DNA of 64,000 nucleotides from Candidatus Nomurabacteria bacterium (GCA_040376695.1 JBEIQD010000001.1:80726-144725); one strand, 5' to 3'; shown: positions 46,227 through 56,922, numbered from the stretch's first letter. The notes: generated from the sequence alone by a model not told the origin. Made by a program: numbers and translations.

Positions 46227-47885
46227 TTATTTTGTATCAATATGACTCCAAGCAAACTTCTTATCTCCATACACTTTCTTTCCTGGATTTAATATATGAA
46301 GTGGGTCAAAAATATCTTTTGTCTTTTCAAACAACTTAATTACCTCAGATGAAAACATTTGAGAAAGATACGCTGTACGAAGTAGCCCGTCGTTGTGCTC
46401 TCCAGACATTGATCCATCATACTCGAATACAAGTGCGTATACTTCATCCATAAGCTTGTGAAGCGTGTCTACAATTCCCTCTTTATGAATATCAATGAGC
46501 GGAATGATGTGGAAGTTTGCGTCTCCCATATGCCCTGCCACTGTGTAGATGAGATCATATTTTGAAAAAATAACTTCGAGTTTAGGAAGAAACTCTGGAA
46601 GATCTTTCGTGTGTACAACAATATCATCGATAGTTGGAGCTGTTCTGTATCCTTGGAGTTTTTGACGAAGGAGATTAAAGCTCTCACGGCGAAACGTCCA
46701 ATATTTCTTCGACTCACTTTGAGAATGCGTCATTTTAATAGGAAGATTAAATTTCTGCATATCTTCGTACGCAGCTTTTACTTGTTGTTCAACTGATTCT
46801 TCGGTATCCCCTGCAAATTCTGCCATAAGAATTATCTTTGGAACTCCACCAGTAAGCGCCATCCAAAACTCTGGTAGAAATTGTAATCCAAGTGTAAACA
46901 TATTGCCGCCCATACGAATAGCGATGTCTTTAAAGAATTTGATAGCTATTTTAAACGTGTGATCATCATAGGACTCAAGTGTTTCAGGTTTATGTTCCAG
47001 TAACTTTGGAATTATTTCTCCTAGTTGTGTCGTAGATGGCACAAACATCACAAGCATTCTTGAATGTGTCTGCGGTTTAACACCGGTTAAGGTAGCAGAG
47101 CTGACACAGGCAAGTGTGCTCTGACTTCCAACAACTAACTTTGAAAGATCTAGGGTTTCTGTGGCCTTATCATACACATTCCATAAATAATACCCTGAAG
47201 AATTTTTTGTTACGGTTGGTTTTGCCTTCTGTAGTAGGTCATAGTTTTCTTTAACAAGCGCCAAAACTTCTCTGTGAATGCGCCCACTTTCGGTTTGTTC
47301 TTCTAGTTTTGCTGCGAGCTTTTCCTCACGAAGCGCCATCAAGGTATCTTCTTCTCCGTTCGCAAAGACAACTGAGAGAGATTGAACGTATTTTTCTGTC
47401 TTTCCATACGTAAGCGTTTTTTCTCCTCCTGAGTTATTGGAGACAATACCTCCAATTGCAGCAAGTTCGCGAGACGCTGGATAGCTTGGCATAAGCCAGC
47501 CCTTAGCTAGGGTTTCTTTTTCAAAATCTCTGTAATATACCCCAGGTTCTGCTACAGCTTCTGTTTCTGTGGTAGAAAGTACATGGTTCATGTACTTAGT
47601 AGTGTCGACCACAATTGATTCTGAGAGTGGCCCACCGGTCATACAGGTTCCCGCGGCGCGCATAGTAACTGATATGTCTATGCCTTCAGATTTTTTTATA
47701 TGCACATATGTAACAAGCTTTACTATATCTTCTTTATTTTGTGGATACACAACGATTTGAGGTTTGAGATAAAAAAGACTCGTATCTCGCGCTACTTTTT
47801 CACGATCAACATCCAATACTGAAACATCCCCTGTAATTCTTGTTCGTAAGTCTTTAGCAATATCCGTGTAGAGAGTGTCATTCAT
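46227..47885 (-). CDS. FAD-binding oxidoreductase (GlcD/D-lactate dehydrogenase-like)
   Basis: RAAGTC.TG, IGG.VSNNS.G, AGH.GD.N.H, GS.SGEHNDG, FDP..ILNPGK. Confidence 0.88.
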   Translation of the reverse strand: MNDTLYTDIAKDLRTRITGDVSVLDVDREKVARDTSLFYLKPQIVVYPQNKEDIVKLVTYVHIKKSEGIDISVTMRAAGTCMTGGPLSESIVVDTTKYMNHVLSTTETEAVAEPGVYYRDFEKETLAKGWLMPSYPASRELAAIGGIVSNNSGGEKTLTYGKTEKYVQSLSVVFANGEEDTLMALREEKLAAKLEEQTESGRIHREVLALVKENYDLLQKAKPTVTKNSSGYYLWNVYDKATETLDLSKLVVGSQSTLACVSSATLTGVKPQTHSRMLVMFVPSTTQLGEIIPKLLEHKPETLESYDDHTFKIAIKFFKDIAIRMGGNMFTLGLQFLPEFWMALTGGVPKIILMAEFAGDTEESVEQQVKAAYEDMQKFNLPIKMTHSQSESKKYWTFRRESFNLLRQKLQGYRTAPTIDDIVVHTKDLPEFLPKLEVIFSKYDLIYTVAGHMGDANFHIIPLIDIHKEGIVDTLHKLMDEVYALVFEYDGSMSGEHNDGLLRTAYLSQMFSSEVIKLFEKTKDIFDPLHILNPGKKVYGDKKFAWSHIDTK

Positions 47886-47900
47886 ACAAAAAGTATAACA

Positions 47901-48509
47901 TTAGTTGCCTTTGGAAATACTTGCTGCTTTTCGCTCAAGCTCAGTAGCTGTGCGTATATATCTTTCATTTCCTTGTGGAACAGTAGAAGTATGTTTACTG
48001 TCATATATATCTTCTGCGATATCCCACAAATCTCTTTCTTCTGTTATCCATTTTTCACCAAATTTCTTCATAGAAATGATTTTAGAATACCCTTGCATAG
48101 TTTTCTTTCCATTTTTAACAAGAAAATATTCATTAAAATAGGACATAGCTAATTCACGTACTGTTAAGTAGACAGGGTCACGATACTGCAACACAGCATG
48201 ATTTGTTTTGCTGATTGCTCCCCAATAGCCATTTTCTTTAAACAAAGCAACTATATGATCATCATCTTCTTTATCTACTTTAAGATTCAGAAGTAGAGGT
48301 TTTCTTCCTTGTAACATAAGCGCTGTTGCCGCAAACATTGCCCCTTCTATACAATGAGCCTTCTTCTCCTGAAGTACACGTCGCGGAGACATGCATGTTT
48401 CACCCCTCTTTTCAAAATTAAAAGAAATTGAATCTAAGTAATCTTGTATCTTAGATGGGGTATTTAATTTTTTAAAGAAATCTTCCTCAGATTTCGTAAG
48501 TCGCAACAT
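47901..48509 (-). CDS. transglutaminase-like hypothetical protein
   Basis: AHCIEGA, DDHIVALF, WGAISKTN. Confidence 0.65.
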   Translation of the reverse strand: MLRLTKSEEDFFKKLNTPSKIQDYLDSISFNFEKRGETCMSPRRVLQEKKAHCIEGAMFAATALMLQGRKPLLLNLKVDKEDDDHIVALFKENGYWGAISKTNHAVLQYRDPVYLTVRELAMSYFNEYFLVKNGKKTMQGYSKIISMKKFGEKWITEERDLWDIAEDIYDSKHTSTVPQGNERYIRTATELERKAASISKGN

Positions 48510-48543
48510 ACAAGAAGTATATCAAGACTTACTATGTTCTTGG

Positions 48544-49089
48544 TTATCTTTTAGATACTCGAAAGATAAACCTGTAATCAGACTCAGAAATAGTTTTCTT
48601 AGATTCTCGTTCTGGACGTACAGCAACAAGCGTAATTGCTTCTGTTTCTGTCGTAATAGTTCCACCAAGTGCAATTGTTTCAGTAGCTGTGCCCATACCG
48701 CTTTCAATCTTTATCTTAACTTTTACAGTTCCTGCCTGGATACACTGCACATCTATCGGACAACGACTATCTTCTACAATTGATAGCACGGTAATCTTTT
48801 CCGCCACTGGAATAATTTGTATATTTAATTTTGCCTCAATAGTTACAGCGTCCTTTGGTGTAGACGTTGAGGTTGGAATTGGGCATACAAATTGACAATT
48901 AGGTCCAGATCTCCCTACCCATGATCCATCAGAGCACTGTTTAGCATCCATAGTACACATCACTTCTCCTGTAGGTTCACCTTTTACAACTGAAGAAGCT
49001 TTTTGTGAAAAGTTCCAAGCTCCGTATGCAAGAAGAGCTAACACTGCCACACCTATAATTGCTAACACTATGTTTTTATTTGAGTTCAT
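48544..49089 (-). CDS. Cys-rich membrane-anchored secreted protein
   Basis: CTMDAKQCSDGSWVGR.GPNC; EDSRCP.DVQCIQAG. Confidence 0.75.
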   Translation of the reverse strand: MNSNKNIVLAIIGVAVLALLAYGAWNFSQKASSVVKGEPTGEVMCTMDAKQCSDGSWVGRSGPNCQFVCPIPTSTSTPKDAVTIEAKLNIQIIPVAEKITVLSIVEDSRCPIDVQCIQAGTVKVKIKIESGMGTATETIALGGTITTETEAITLVAVRPERESKKTISESDYRFIFRVSKR

Positions 49090-49182
49090 GGTTTTTAGTT
49101 ATTAGTAATGACGTTATAGATAAAGTATATCTTACACATATAAAATTCCCCACATGTGGGGAATTTTATAACCAAGGGGTTG

Positions 49183-49698
49183 CTAGTTCATGTTGTAATG
49201 ACGCACATCCACTGCTCCATGGTTCATAAACACATCTTCAGTGCTTGTAGGAGTTCCTCGTGCAATGACGAGCACATCTCCGCGTCGTACATGGTCTTCA
49301 TAGAGTTGCACGTCCTGCTTTTCGATACCAAGATTAGTAAGTGCTCCGATTAGTCCACCAGCAGCAGCTCCTGTGGCCGCTCCAGCAACCGCAGTTGCGG
49401 CTACTCCAGTAAAACCAAGTGCGGCAGCCAAAGGCCCTGCAACTATTAGTGTCCCAAGTCCTGGAAGCACTCCATTCGCAACAACGAGACCTGCGATACC
49501 TCCGATAATAGCCCCAGTTGTTGCTCCAGTAGCTGCACCTTGACCGATCTTATCTCCAGACTGTCCATCTGTAATGGTACCTTTATCATTTATATATACA
49601 TATGATAGGTCAGATTCGTTTACACCAAACTGGCGAAGTTCATTAAGGGCACTTTCCGCAGAAGCGTGAGTTGTAAATACTCCAATTGTTGTAATCAT
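49183..49698 (-). CDS. general stress protein 17M-like with glycine zipper
   Basis: IGVF...AE.A..EL, GxxxG run, PGLG...AGPL, Y...V..G. Confidence 0.8.
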   Translation of the reverse strand: MITTIGVFTTHASAESALNELRQFGVNESDLSYVYINDKGTITDGQSGDKIGQGAATGATTGAIIGGIAGLVVANGVLPGLGTLIVAGPLAAALGFTGVAATAVAGAATGAAAGGLIGALTNLGIEKQDVQLYEDHVRRGDVLVIARGTPTSTEDVFMNHGAVDVRHYNMN

Positions 49699-49776
49699 AG
49701 TGTGTATAGTTAGTTTGTCCGTTAATTCCCACATACGTGAGGTATATCTATGTAGACGTTCCTTCTATACTTTTAC

Positions 49777-50346
49777 TTACACCGCATTTGAGACATTTGT
49801 TAAAAGAAGCGCCATAGTAAGATCCCCAAGAAGCAGGAAAACAGCAAATTGCCGATATGAATATCCACTCACCGCAAGTAGGGCGAGAATAATATCATTT
49901 GGGAATGGAGCAAAAGCGGTGTATGAAAAAATCATTACATACACAATCCAACTCGGCGTGACGTACAGCCATTTCCAAATTTTTCTAAACACATGCTCCC
50001 ATTTTTTTGTAATATCCACCAATATGTGTCGTACTTTTGTTATAACAAAATAAAATAATGAGTCACTTATAAAAAGACCAATTCCTCCTATTACACCTAG
50101 AACAAGTGGATTAACCCCGCCGTGCGCCAAAGCAACAAGAGCGGCATACAGCGATGTTCCCGTGATAGAAGAAAAACCTCCTATAACAGCCAACATAAAT
50201 GCTGCGAAATATGTATTCTCTATTCCAATGTCATTCACCAATTCATCTACGGGATAAAAATGAAAGAATAGTGCCCATCCAATCAAAACAAGAAGAACAA
50301 GAGCGATAACGCCATAGAATTTTTTCTTTTTATCCAGCTTGTACAT
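49777..50346 (-). CDS. membrane protein (VTT/DedA-like)
   Basis: Multi-TM; PFPNDI..G...Y..F. Confidence 0.6.
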   Translation of the reverse strand: MYKLDKKKKFYGVIALVLLVLIGWALFFHFYPVDELVNDIGIENTYFAAFMLAVIGGFSSITGTSLYAALVALAHGGVNPLVLGVIGGIGLFISDSLFYFVITKVRHILVDITKKWEHVFRKIWKWLYVTPSWIVYVMIFSYTAFAPFPNDIILALLAVSGYSYRQFAVFLLLGDLTMALLLTNVSNAV

Positions 50347-50376
50347 GTCTATACTGACGCCAGCGAAAGACAATAC

Positions 50377-50883
50377 TTACAGAGATGATTTTTCTGCTGC
50401 TTCAATTTTTCTATTTTCAGCTGTCCAACCAATCATGTTCACAAGTATCTGCACTGCAGTAGCAACTCCTGAAATCGCGAGAATAAGAATTGGTAGCCAT
50501 AGTAACTCAGTTGCGATAAAGTACCCGTAGGTTACAAAAAGCGCAGCCCAAATGCTGAAACACCAAGGACAGATGAGAAGCTCATATGCAGTACGTAGCG
50601 GACCACTGGTTCGTTCTACTTTTGTGAAGTACGTAATTCCTTCCTGAGAATAACTTTCTTCTGCATGCTGAAACATGTCACGCAAGAATCGAGTTATCTT
50701 GTCATATACAAATAGTCGAGTAAGGCGAAATGTAGCAAGCACAATAAGAATAAGATCAAACAAAGGAATAGCTGTGGGTAATTGTCCGTTTACACGATGA
50801 AGCGAATAAATCATTCCAACTGCAACAACTAAAAAGAACCCCGAGAACATAACATTCCAAAAATTTTGATCATCTTTTTTCAT
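50377..50883 (-). CDS. DUF1360 family protein
   Basis: LATFRLTRLFVYDKIT..LR, ELLICPWC.SIW. Confidence 0.88.
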   Translation of the reverse strand: MKKDDQNFWNVMFSGFFLVVAVGMIYSLHRVNGQLPTAIPLFDLILIVLATFRLTRLFVYDKITRFLRDMFQHAEESYSQEGITYFTKVERTSGPLRTAYELLICPWCFSIWAALFVTYGYFIATELLWLPILILAISGVATAVQILVNMIGWTAENRKIEAAEKSSL

Positions 50884-50938
50884 ACCTCAAGTATATCATT
50901 TCTCCACTATCCAAAAAAAACACACCCCGAAAGGTGTG

Positions 50939-52063
50939 TTATCTATTTTCTTCATTTCGCTTCTCTTTCAAAGCTTCCAAAACTGAATGAACTTTCTGCA
51001 GTGCTACAATCCGAGCTTTACGCTCATGTTTAACCACATACATAGCGGTATCGGCGCGCTTAATCAGATCACCATAATCCTGCAAAGCAAGATCAATTTC
51101 AGACTGAACATCAACCCCACTTACAATGCCTGATAGTTCCGTAACCACAATTTCGTCCTTGGTTTTTTCAGGTACAGCTCTTAAGTCTTCTGACTCAAGA
51201 ACAGCAACACCTAAAGAAGCTGACGGAACAATAGTTACCCCTTCTGCGGGAGTAAACACTACCTTGCTAAGGAAAAGTTCAATCCTAGAAGCAATCTCAA
51301 AAGCCTCTTTTTCCGTTGTTTCAGGCAGCACCACAATAAACTCATCCCCTAAGCGAACGATGAAGTCTACTGTACGTATAGCGTGACGGATTGCTTTTTC
51401 AATTTTGCCTAACAGGATATCAGCCACAGGGTGCCCGAAGTTGGTGTTAACAAGCTTGAAACCATCCAGGTCTGCAAAGATACACGCTGTGGGAGTTTTG
51501 TGTCTTTTGGCACGATTCCACACGGGAACCCACAAATTATTCCCACCTCGACGTGTATGTGCGTCAGTAATGGTGTCAGTGTCTGTTTCTTCCATTCCTC
51601 TCAATCTTCGTTCGGCTCCTGCGATGTGCTCAATAAATAATCCAGTCAGGTTGTAATGATTTTTTGTAGCTTCTGCTTTCTTAACAGGGGCTCCTTTTTT
51701 CGCTTTTTTAACCCCTTTTCCTTTCGTGAAATAAGTAGCGCCCATGCGGACAGCTCGTGTAAGTAAGCAGTGATCGTTGTCAGCAGTAACCAACATAAAC
51801 TCAATTGGAAACCGTGTAATTTCCTTTAGCTCAACTATCAGCTGCAGCCCAGTGATTTTTGGTAAATACTGTTCAACGAGGAAGATCGCTGGGCCCAACA
51901 AATCATTAACAATATCTCTTGCCTCACGTTGTGAACTTGCTATCAGTACAGCATATCCTTCACTTTCAATGAGTGGTTTTGCTAACTGCAGGTAGTCGTC
52001 ATTGGTATCAACCAGGACGACTGTGGGTTTGACCCACTTCCTCATCCTTGTCGACATAATCAT
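50939..52063 (-). CDS. receiver + degenerate GGDEF domain protein
   Basis: REC-like N-terminus; DLDGFK.VN..FGH; RLGDEF; ADTAMY. Confidence 0.8.
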   Translation of the reverse strand: MIMSTRMRKWVKPTVVLVDTNDDYLQLAKPLIESEGYAVLIASSQREARDIVNDLLGPAIFLVEQYLPKITGLQLIVELKEITRFPIEFMLVTADNDHCLLTRAVRMGATYFTKGKGVKKAKKGAPVKKAEATKNHYNLTGLFIEHIAGAERRLRGMEETDTDTITDAHTRRGGNNLWVPVWNRAKRHKTPTACIFADLDGFKLVNTNFGHPVADILLGKIEKAIRHAIRTVDFIVRLGDEFIVVLPETTEKEAFEIASRIELFLSKVVFTPAEGVTIVPSASLGVAVLESEDLRAVPEKTKDEIVVTELSGIVSGVDVQSEIDLALQDYGDLIKRADTAMYVVKHERKARIVALQKVHSVLEALKEKRNEENR

Positions 52064-52156
52064 GACGTACTCCTTTGATGTGTATGAAATTCAATGAACA
52101 GCGTATGACCCATTTCTACAACAAAATAGCGCTAATGTCAATCATTGCTACTATGC

Positions 52157-52957
52157 CTACACTTGTAGAGCCGGATTATTTACAAAATAGTTACACCACT
52201 CTTTATATTCTTTACTTGGAAGCGCATGAGTGAAATAAAATCCTTGTACCACTTGGCACTCCATTTCTTTTAGTAATGCAAGCTGCTCTTCTGTTTCAAC
52301 CCCTTCTGCCACAATATCAATATCAAGCGCTCGAGCAAGGAGAATAATCGAATACATAATCTTCGTGTCTCGCTCGCTCTTCAAACTTTGCTGAATAAAC
52401 TGCCCATCAATCTTAAGTCCGTCCACAGGAAACTGTCGTAGATGGCTTAAATTCGCAAATCCTGCACCGAAGTCATCAATAATAATCCGCACACCAAGTT
52501 CTTTTAGTTCTAAAAGTGTTTTCCTTGTTGCTTCTGGGTCGTCCAGCGCCATGCTTTCAGTAATCTCAAGCTCCAAATCATGTGGATCTAAACCCGACTC
52601 AACCAACACGTGTGCAACCTTCTTTGAAAAATCTCTGTCCGTTAATTGCACAAGTGAAAGGTTCACCGTCACCTTGAAAAAGGCATACCCTTCATCTTTC
52701 CATTTCTTACTCTGCATACAGCTTTCACGCAAAACAAAATAACCGAGCTGGACAATTGCTCCTGTTTTTTCTGCAGTTGTTATAAAACTATTTGGATGAA
52801 GAAGCCCCAACTGCGGATGATTCCACCGCACGAGCGCTTCGCCTGAAATAATTGTATTCTTTTCTTTGTCTATAATTGGTTGGTAATAGACTTCAAATTG
52901 TCTCAACTCTACAGCTTGTAATATATCTTTCTTAGAAAAAGTATCTTTTGACTTCAT
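52157..52957 (-). CDS. EAL-domain phosphodiesterase
   Basis: YQP, EAL.RW, LEITE, IDDFG, KID, AEGVE, QGFYF. Confidence 0.93.
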   Translation of the reverse strand: MKSKDTFSKKDILQAVELRQFEVYYQPIIDKEKNTIISGEALVRWNHPQLGLLHPNSFITTAEKTGAIVQLGYFVLRESCMQSKKWKDEGYAFFKVTVNLSLVQLTDRDFSKKVAHVLVESGLDPHDLELEITESMALDDPEATRKTLLELKELGVRIIIDDFGAGFANLSHLRQFPVDGLKIDGQFIQQSLKSERDTKIMYSIILLARALDIDIVAEGVETEEQLALLKEMECQVVQGFYFTHALPSKEYKEWCNYFVNNPALQV

Positions 52958-53082
52958 GTGTATTGTTAACTAAATAAGGGCATTAAGAAAACTCCGGTTC
53001 GCAAATTTCCTTGTTTTCTCTGTTCTATATATAGCATGACGCGCCATAAACATAATTCTTACTAATCTATAAAGAAAATTCC

Positions 53083-53790
53083 TTAAATAATATCCTTGTG
53101 CAAAAGAGCATCCTCTTTTGGGTGAGTTCTATTATCTCGAGTAAAGCTTTTCTTAAAGTGCTGCCAAAAGACCCCTCTGTGTTCAATTATTTCAAATACA
53201 AGGACAATACCCAAAGCAAGCACCGCTCCCACAGCAGCAACCGCAAGGTCTTTAGTGGTATCGAACGGATCATTTCCTCCAATAAATAAATATCCCGCCG
53301 CTTCACCATACTGAAGCACAGTCACCCATTCGAATACTTCATAGAGCGCACCAAGTGCAAGAATCATACTAAATGGCATACTGTATGCCCAAAATCCTTT
53401 CATCTTTGCTATACGGAGACAGAGTTCTCGCAATGGATACACAATAAGAAAGCCAAATGAAAAGTGAACCAACTTATCATACATGTTGCCGCCGAGACCA
53501 GAAACTTCACTTAAGGTGAACCCAAATGGTACTGACCCGTAGTTATAGTGCGCCCCCATCAGATGAAGAATAAAGAATAGAGTAATAAGAGATAGTGAAA
53601 GTTTTGAAAAGCGAATATAGCGAATTAGTAAAAGGTAAATAATAGGAATAAACAAAAGCACCATCTTATTTTCTAAAAACCAATTAGTAGGACTTGCAGG
53701 GTCCCATACTGACCACGCCCATACACCTAAAAATAACGTGAGCAAAAAGTGCACATAGTACTTACCAACATATACAGATACCTCTTTCAT
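53083..53790 (-). CDS. DUF2238 membrane protein
   Basis: W.LEN, GAHY.Y..VP.G, YDKLVHF.FG, YE..EW, D..DT.KD. Confidence 0.85.
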   Translation of the reverse strand: MKEVSVYVGKYYVHFLLTLFLGVWAWSVWDPASPTNWFLENKMVLLFIPIIYLLLIRYIRFSKLSLSLITLFFILHLMGAHYNYGSVPFGFTLSEVSGLGGNMYDKLVHFSFGFLIVYPLRELCLRIAKMKGFWAYSMPFSMILALGALYEVFEWVTVLQYGEAAGYLFIGGNDPFDTTKDLAVAAVGAVLALGIVLVFEIIEHRGVFWQHFKKSFTRDNRTHPKEDALLHKDII

Positions 53791-53821
53791 ATTTCTTATA
53801 GACGAATTAGAAACCACTATA

Positions 53822-54058
53822 TTACAAGGCTCTCCTTCTAGGCCTACTCATTGTTGCTATGTAGAGTTCTTCTACCTTTTGTCGCGCCCATGGTGTTTTC
53901 CTGAGAAAAGCCAAACTAGAAGAAATGCTCGGGTTGTTCAAGAAGCACTTAATCTTGATCTCTGCACCAAGTTCTGCCCATCCATACTCTTCTACCAAAA
54001 ACTCAACGACAGACTGGAGAGTCTTTCCGTACAACGGGTCGTTAGGATGTTCATTCAT
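53822..54058 (-). CDS. VF530/DUF2132 family DNA-binding protein
   Basis: PNDPL.G.TL..L...YGW..L..CF..NPSI.SSL.FLRKTPWAR.KVE.LY. Confidence 0.9.
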   Translation of the reverse strand: MNEHPNDPLYGKTLQSVVEFLVEEYGWAELGAEIKIKCFLNNPSISSSLAFLRKTPWARQKVEELYIATMSRPRRRAL

Positions 54059-54124
54059 GCATCTCAGTATATCAGACACGGTTAACCCATAGACGATTCT
54101 TCTTGTAAGGAATATACTTTATAT

Positions 54125-54580
54125 ATGAACACAACAACTACTATCACCGGAGAATTAGCTTCAATTAACCAACCCCTTGGAGTCGTTAGTACAAATAACA
54201 AGGATGGTAATCCGCAATCAGCAAGCGTGTACTACATTAACGATGAGAACCTTAACATCTTTTTTGTTACTCGTTCAGAAAGTCGTAAGTATAAAAATAT
54301 ACAAAACAATCCTCATGTTGCTTTCACTATCACAAGTGAACACCCTCCTAAGACAATTCAACTTGAAGGCACAGCCGCTGAAGTGATGGACCCAACCGAA
54401 CAAAGTAATTATTTCGACAAACTCGTTGCAAAAGCAACTGAAAGTAATTTTATGCCTCCAGTGAGCCAGATGGTAACTGGCGAAATGGTATTTATGAAAA
54501 TTACCACAACGTGGGCACGCTGTGGTAATTTCGAAGTAATGAAGGAAGGAGAAAAGTTTGTAGAAACTACCCTACAGTAA
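54125..54580 (+). CDS. pyridoxamine 5'-phosphate oxidase-like FMN-binding protein
   Basis: ST...G.P, F.T...SRK..NI..NP.VA, IQ.EG.A. Confidence 0.85.
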   Translation: MNTTTTITGELASINQPLGVVSTNNKDGNPQSASVYYINDENLNIFFVTRSESRKYKNIQNNPHVAFTITSEHPPKTIQLEGTAAEVMDPTEQSNYFDKLVAKATESNFMPPVSQMVTGEMVFMKITTTWARCGNFEVMKEGEKFVETTLQ

Positions 54581-54584
54581 TTCT

Positions 54585-55505
54585 CTATCTAAACGTAACG
54601 TTTCCACTATCGAACTTAAGATCAAAAATAAGTTCTCCTTTGCTTGTGAAGTGGAAAGCCGATGTATCACGAATCAGTTCTGAGAACACTTTTTCCTGTG
54701 AATCTTCACAGAACATAAGCGTAGAAGCTATTGGACCAAATGTAATACGTTCTTCTTCGCGCGCATACTTTCCACTCAAACCGTTACAATCAGTTGTAGC
54801 AAAAAATGTTCCGTCAGTTTTGAATGTAATCGTGAACGCTCCAGCTTTCTTAGGAGTAACTGTTCGCTCGTCATTATAGAGCGTGCTAATCCATACCCAC
54901 GGCTTCATTTCAAGACTCATACGTGCTGGATCCGCTTCTCCCTCGAAATCCTGAACCACCTCCCCAAATTGCATTGAAGGAATATCAAGAATCAATCGAA
55001 TACTTTTACCTACTGAAGGCTGCACGACAAAACTATCTGTAGGTCTACGATCTGCATAATTAACTATCACAGACTTTCCTGGACCCGATTCTGTTGTTTG
55101 TGGAGCAATACGATCTCCAAGTAACACTCCTTCAGAGCCAACATACCCGCTCTCAGTGTTAAGAGCAGCGACAACATAGTAAAACGTTCCGCTTCCTCCT
55201 GTTGTTTGAGTGAGGAGAAAAACATTATCTTCTCTCCCGTCATCATTTAGATCCTTACGAACCTCATTACCAAAATAACGAGTGCTTACAACTGACGCAG
55301 AGTCAGCTACAGCCACTTCAGATACACCATTAATCAATCGAACGCGCTTTCCGTCGATAATGTACTCTGCATTCTTATAATCAGTAGCAACGTATGCTTG
55401 CTTTTCATTATAAATATACTTATTAAAAGCAAAAAATCCTGCAACAAGCGCAGCAATCACAATTAAACCAACCACTAAGCCTATAAATACTTTATTTGAT
55501 GTCAT
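54585..55505 (-). CDS. META domain protein
   Basis: N-terminal TM; DLNDDG..GGSGTFYY; C-terminal TTDCN..G.Y..STLMFC. Confidence 0.85.
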   Translation of the reverse strand: MTSNKVFIGLVVGLIVIAALVAGFFAFNKYIYNEKQAYVATDYKNAEYIIDGKRVRLINGVSEVAVADSASVVSTRYFGNEVRKDLNDDGREDNVFLLTQTTGGSGTFYYVVAALNTESGYVGSEGVLLGDRIAPQTTESGPGKSVIVNYADRRPTDSFVVQPSVGKSIRLILDIPSMQFGEVVQDFEGEADPARMSLEMKPWVWISTLYNDERTVTPKKAGAFTITFKTDGTFFATTDCNGLSGKYAREEERITFGPIASTLMFCEDSQEKVFSELIRDTSAFHFTSKGELIFDLKFDSGNVTFR

Positions 55506-55549
55506 GTGTATATGATATCACACAGAAAGAGCTGTTCTGGGCTCCTCAA

Positions 55550-55999
55550 CTATTTCAAACTACCACTTTCAGATAATGCTTTGTAAACAGAGTTACTCCA
55601 TTTTTTCACATTTTCAACATAACTTTCTAAACCTCCTTCCACTACGTCCTGCGCCGTCACCGCCCACACAGGCGCTGTGTCATAGCTTCCGTGGTCCTCT
55701 GATGTTCCAGTTATTTTCCAATCACGAACGTTTGAAGCCAGACGAGCTCTATTTCTTTCATCATGTTCTTTAAAAGAAAATCCTTCTTCCAAAAACTCCA
55801 CAAGAAACCCCTTAGCATCTTCAAGTCCTTTTTGAGAATACACACTTGGATGCTGTAAATTATAATTCACAACAGTAAGATGATGAATCTGTCCCACACC
55901 GAGGAAGTCTTCGAAATCCCAGGCAATCATTATGTTGAGGTAATCCCTACACGTTACCCCTTCTGGTAATGAAACTCCACACTCGGAACATGCAGACAT
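55550..55999 (-). CDS. DUF5946-like protein
   Basis: CSECG, HHLTV..Y.LQHP. Confidence 0.7.
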   Translation of the reverse strand: MSACSECGVSLPEGVTCRDYLNIMIAWDFEDFLGVGQIHHLTVVNYNLQHPSVYSQKGLEDAKGFLVEFLEEGFSFKEHDERNRARLASNVRDWKITGTSEDHGSYDTAPVWAVTAQDVVEGGLESYVENVKKWSNSVYKALSESGSLK

Positions 56000-56006
56000 A
56001 TACTAA

Positions 56007-56423
56007 TTAAAACTTACTCGCTTCTACATGCTTCTTGAAATTATCAAGAATTGCCTGCCATCCAGCCTGCTGAAGTTCACGAGTATTCTCATTCTCTGGA
56101 TCAAATGACTGAACAATTTCTACACCAGCTTCTGTTGGTGTAAATCTGATGCTCGATTTCCTACCATCACCCATAGTGTATTCAATGAGCTCATGCGGAA
56201 TAACATTTGTATACACCCCTCCAAAATCAAACGAAGCGCTTCCATCTTTAGCAGCCATTGTGCTTGAAAAAGCCCCACCTGTTCGTATATCGTTTTCTGC
56301 ACGTGGACACTCCCAATCATCCGATGCAAAAGCCCACTGTGTAATATGTGTTGGGTCAGTCCAAAATTCCCATACGGTAGCAATGTCAGCGTTCACAACG
56401 GTAGAAATAGTAATAGGATTCAT
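56007..56423 (-). CDS. SRPBCC/AHSA1 family protein
   Basis: VWE.WT.P.HI.QW.FASDDW, MAAKDGS..FDF.G, QQ.GWQAIL.NFK. Confidence 0.9.
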   Translation of the reverse strand: MNPITISTVVNADIATVWEFWTDPTHITQWAFASDDWECPRAENDIRTGGAFSSTMAAKDGSASFDFGGVYTNVIPHELIEYTMGDGRKSSIRFTPTEAGVEIVQSFDPENENTRELQQAGWQAILDNFKKHVEASKF

Positions 56424-56432
56424 AAATACTGT

Positions 56433-56891
56433 TTACTTCTCTGATAATTCCTTCAAAATCTGTAGTGCTTTTGGCCACATCTCTTCAAACATAGCCTTAT
56501 ATTCGTCATTAATGTCAATTTCAACAGAAACTTTTGTTCCACCTTCATTTTCTTCAAACGTATAGTTTTCAAATGCTGGTGCCCATTTCTTTACTTCATC
56601 ACTCGTTGTATCGATTGTGCCATCTTCTTTAATCATTCCTATGTGTTCGATAGAAATGAATTCATGCGGTTTATTTTCTTTGATGCGACTATACATACCA
56701 CCTGGTAGAGGCTTCCCTTGTTCATCACAGCCTAAAAATCTAATCTCAGAACCTTCTTCCCAAGTACCCTGATAGTATGATCCAGGATTAAATGGCACCG
56801 TCCACTGACGATATGTAGCGTCTTGTAGCATGGTATCCCAAACCTTTTCCTTCGGTGCTTGTATCTGAATTGAAGAATGTATTTTTTGCAT
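56433..56891 (-). CDS. SRPBCC domain protein
   Basis: I.APKEKVW..M....Y..WT..F..GS, ENYTF, WPKAL..LK. Confidence 0.88.
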   Translation of the reverse strand: MQKIHSSIQIQAPKEKVWDTMLQDATYRQWTVPFNPGSYYQGTWEEGSEIRFLGCDEQGKPLPGGMYSRIKENKPHEFISIEHIGMIKEDGTIDTTSDEVKKWAPAFENYTFEENEGGTKVSVEIDINDEYKAMFEEMWPKALQILKELSEK

Positions 56892-56922
56892 AAGTATATT
56901 TGTAGTATATCTAGGCAATATA

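Noticed and set aside
45619-46230. A second cassette array at tRNA-Ala
   Set aside because: Only one orphan gene follows, and I found no duplicate of the tRNA 3' end or att-like motif.
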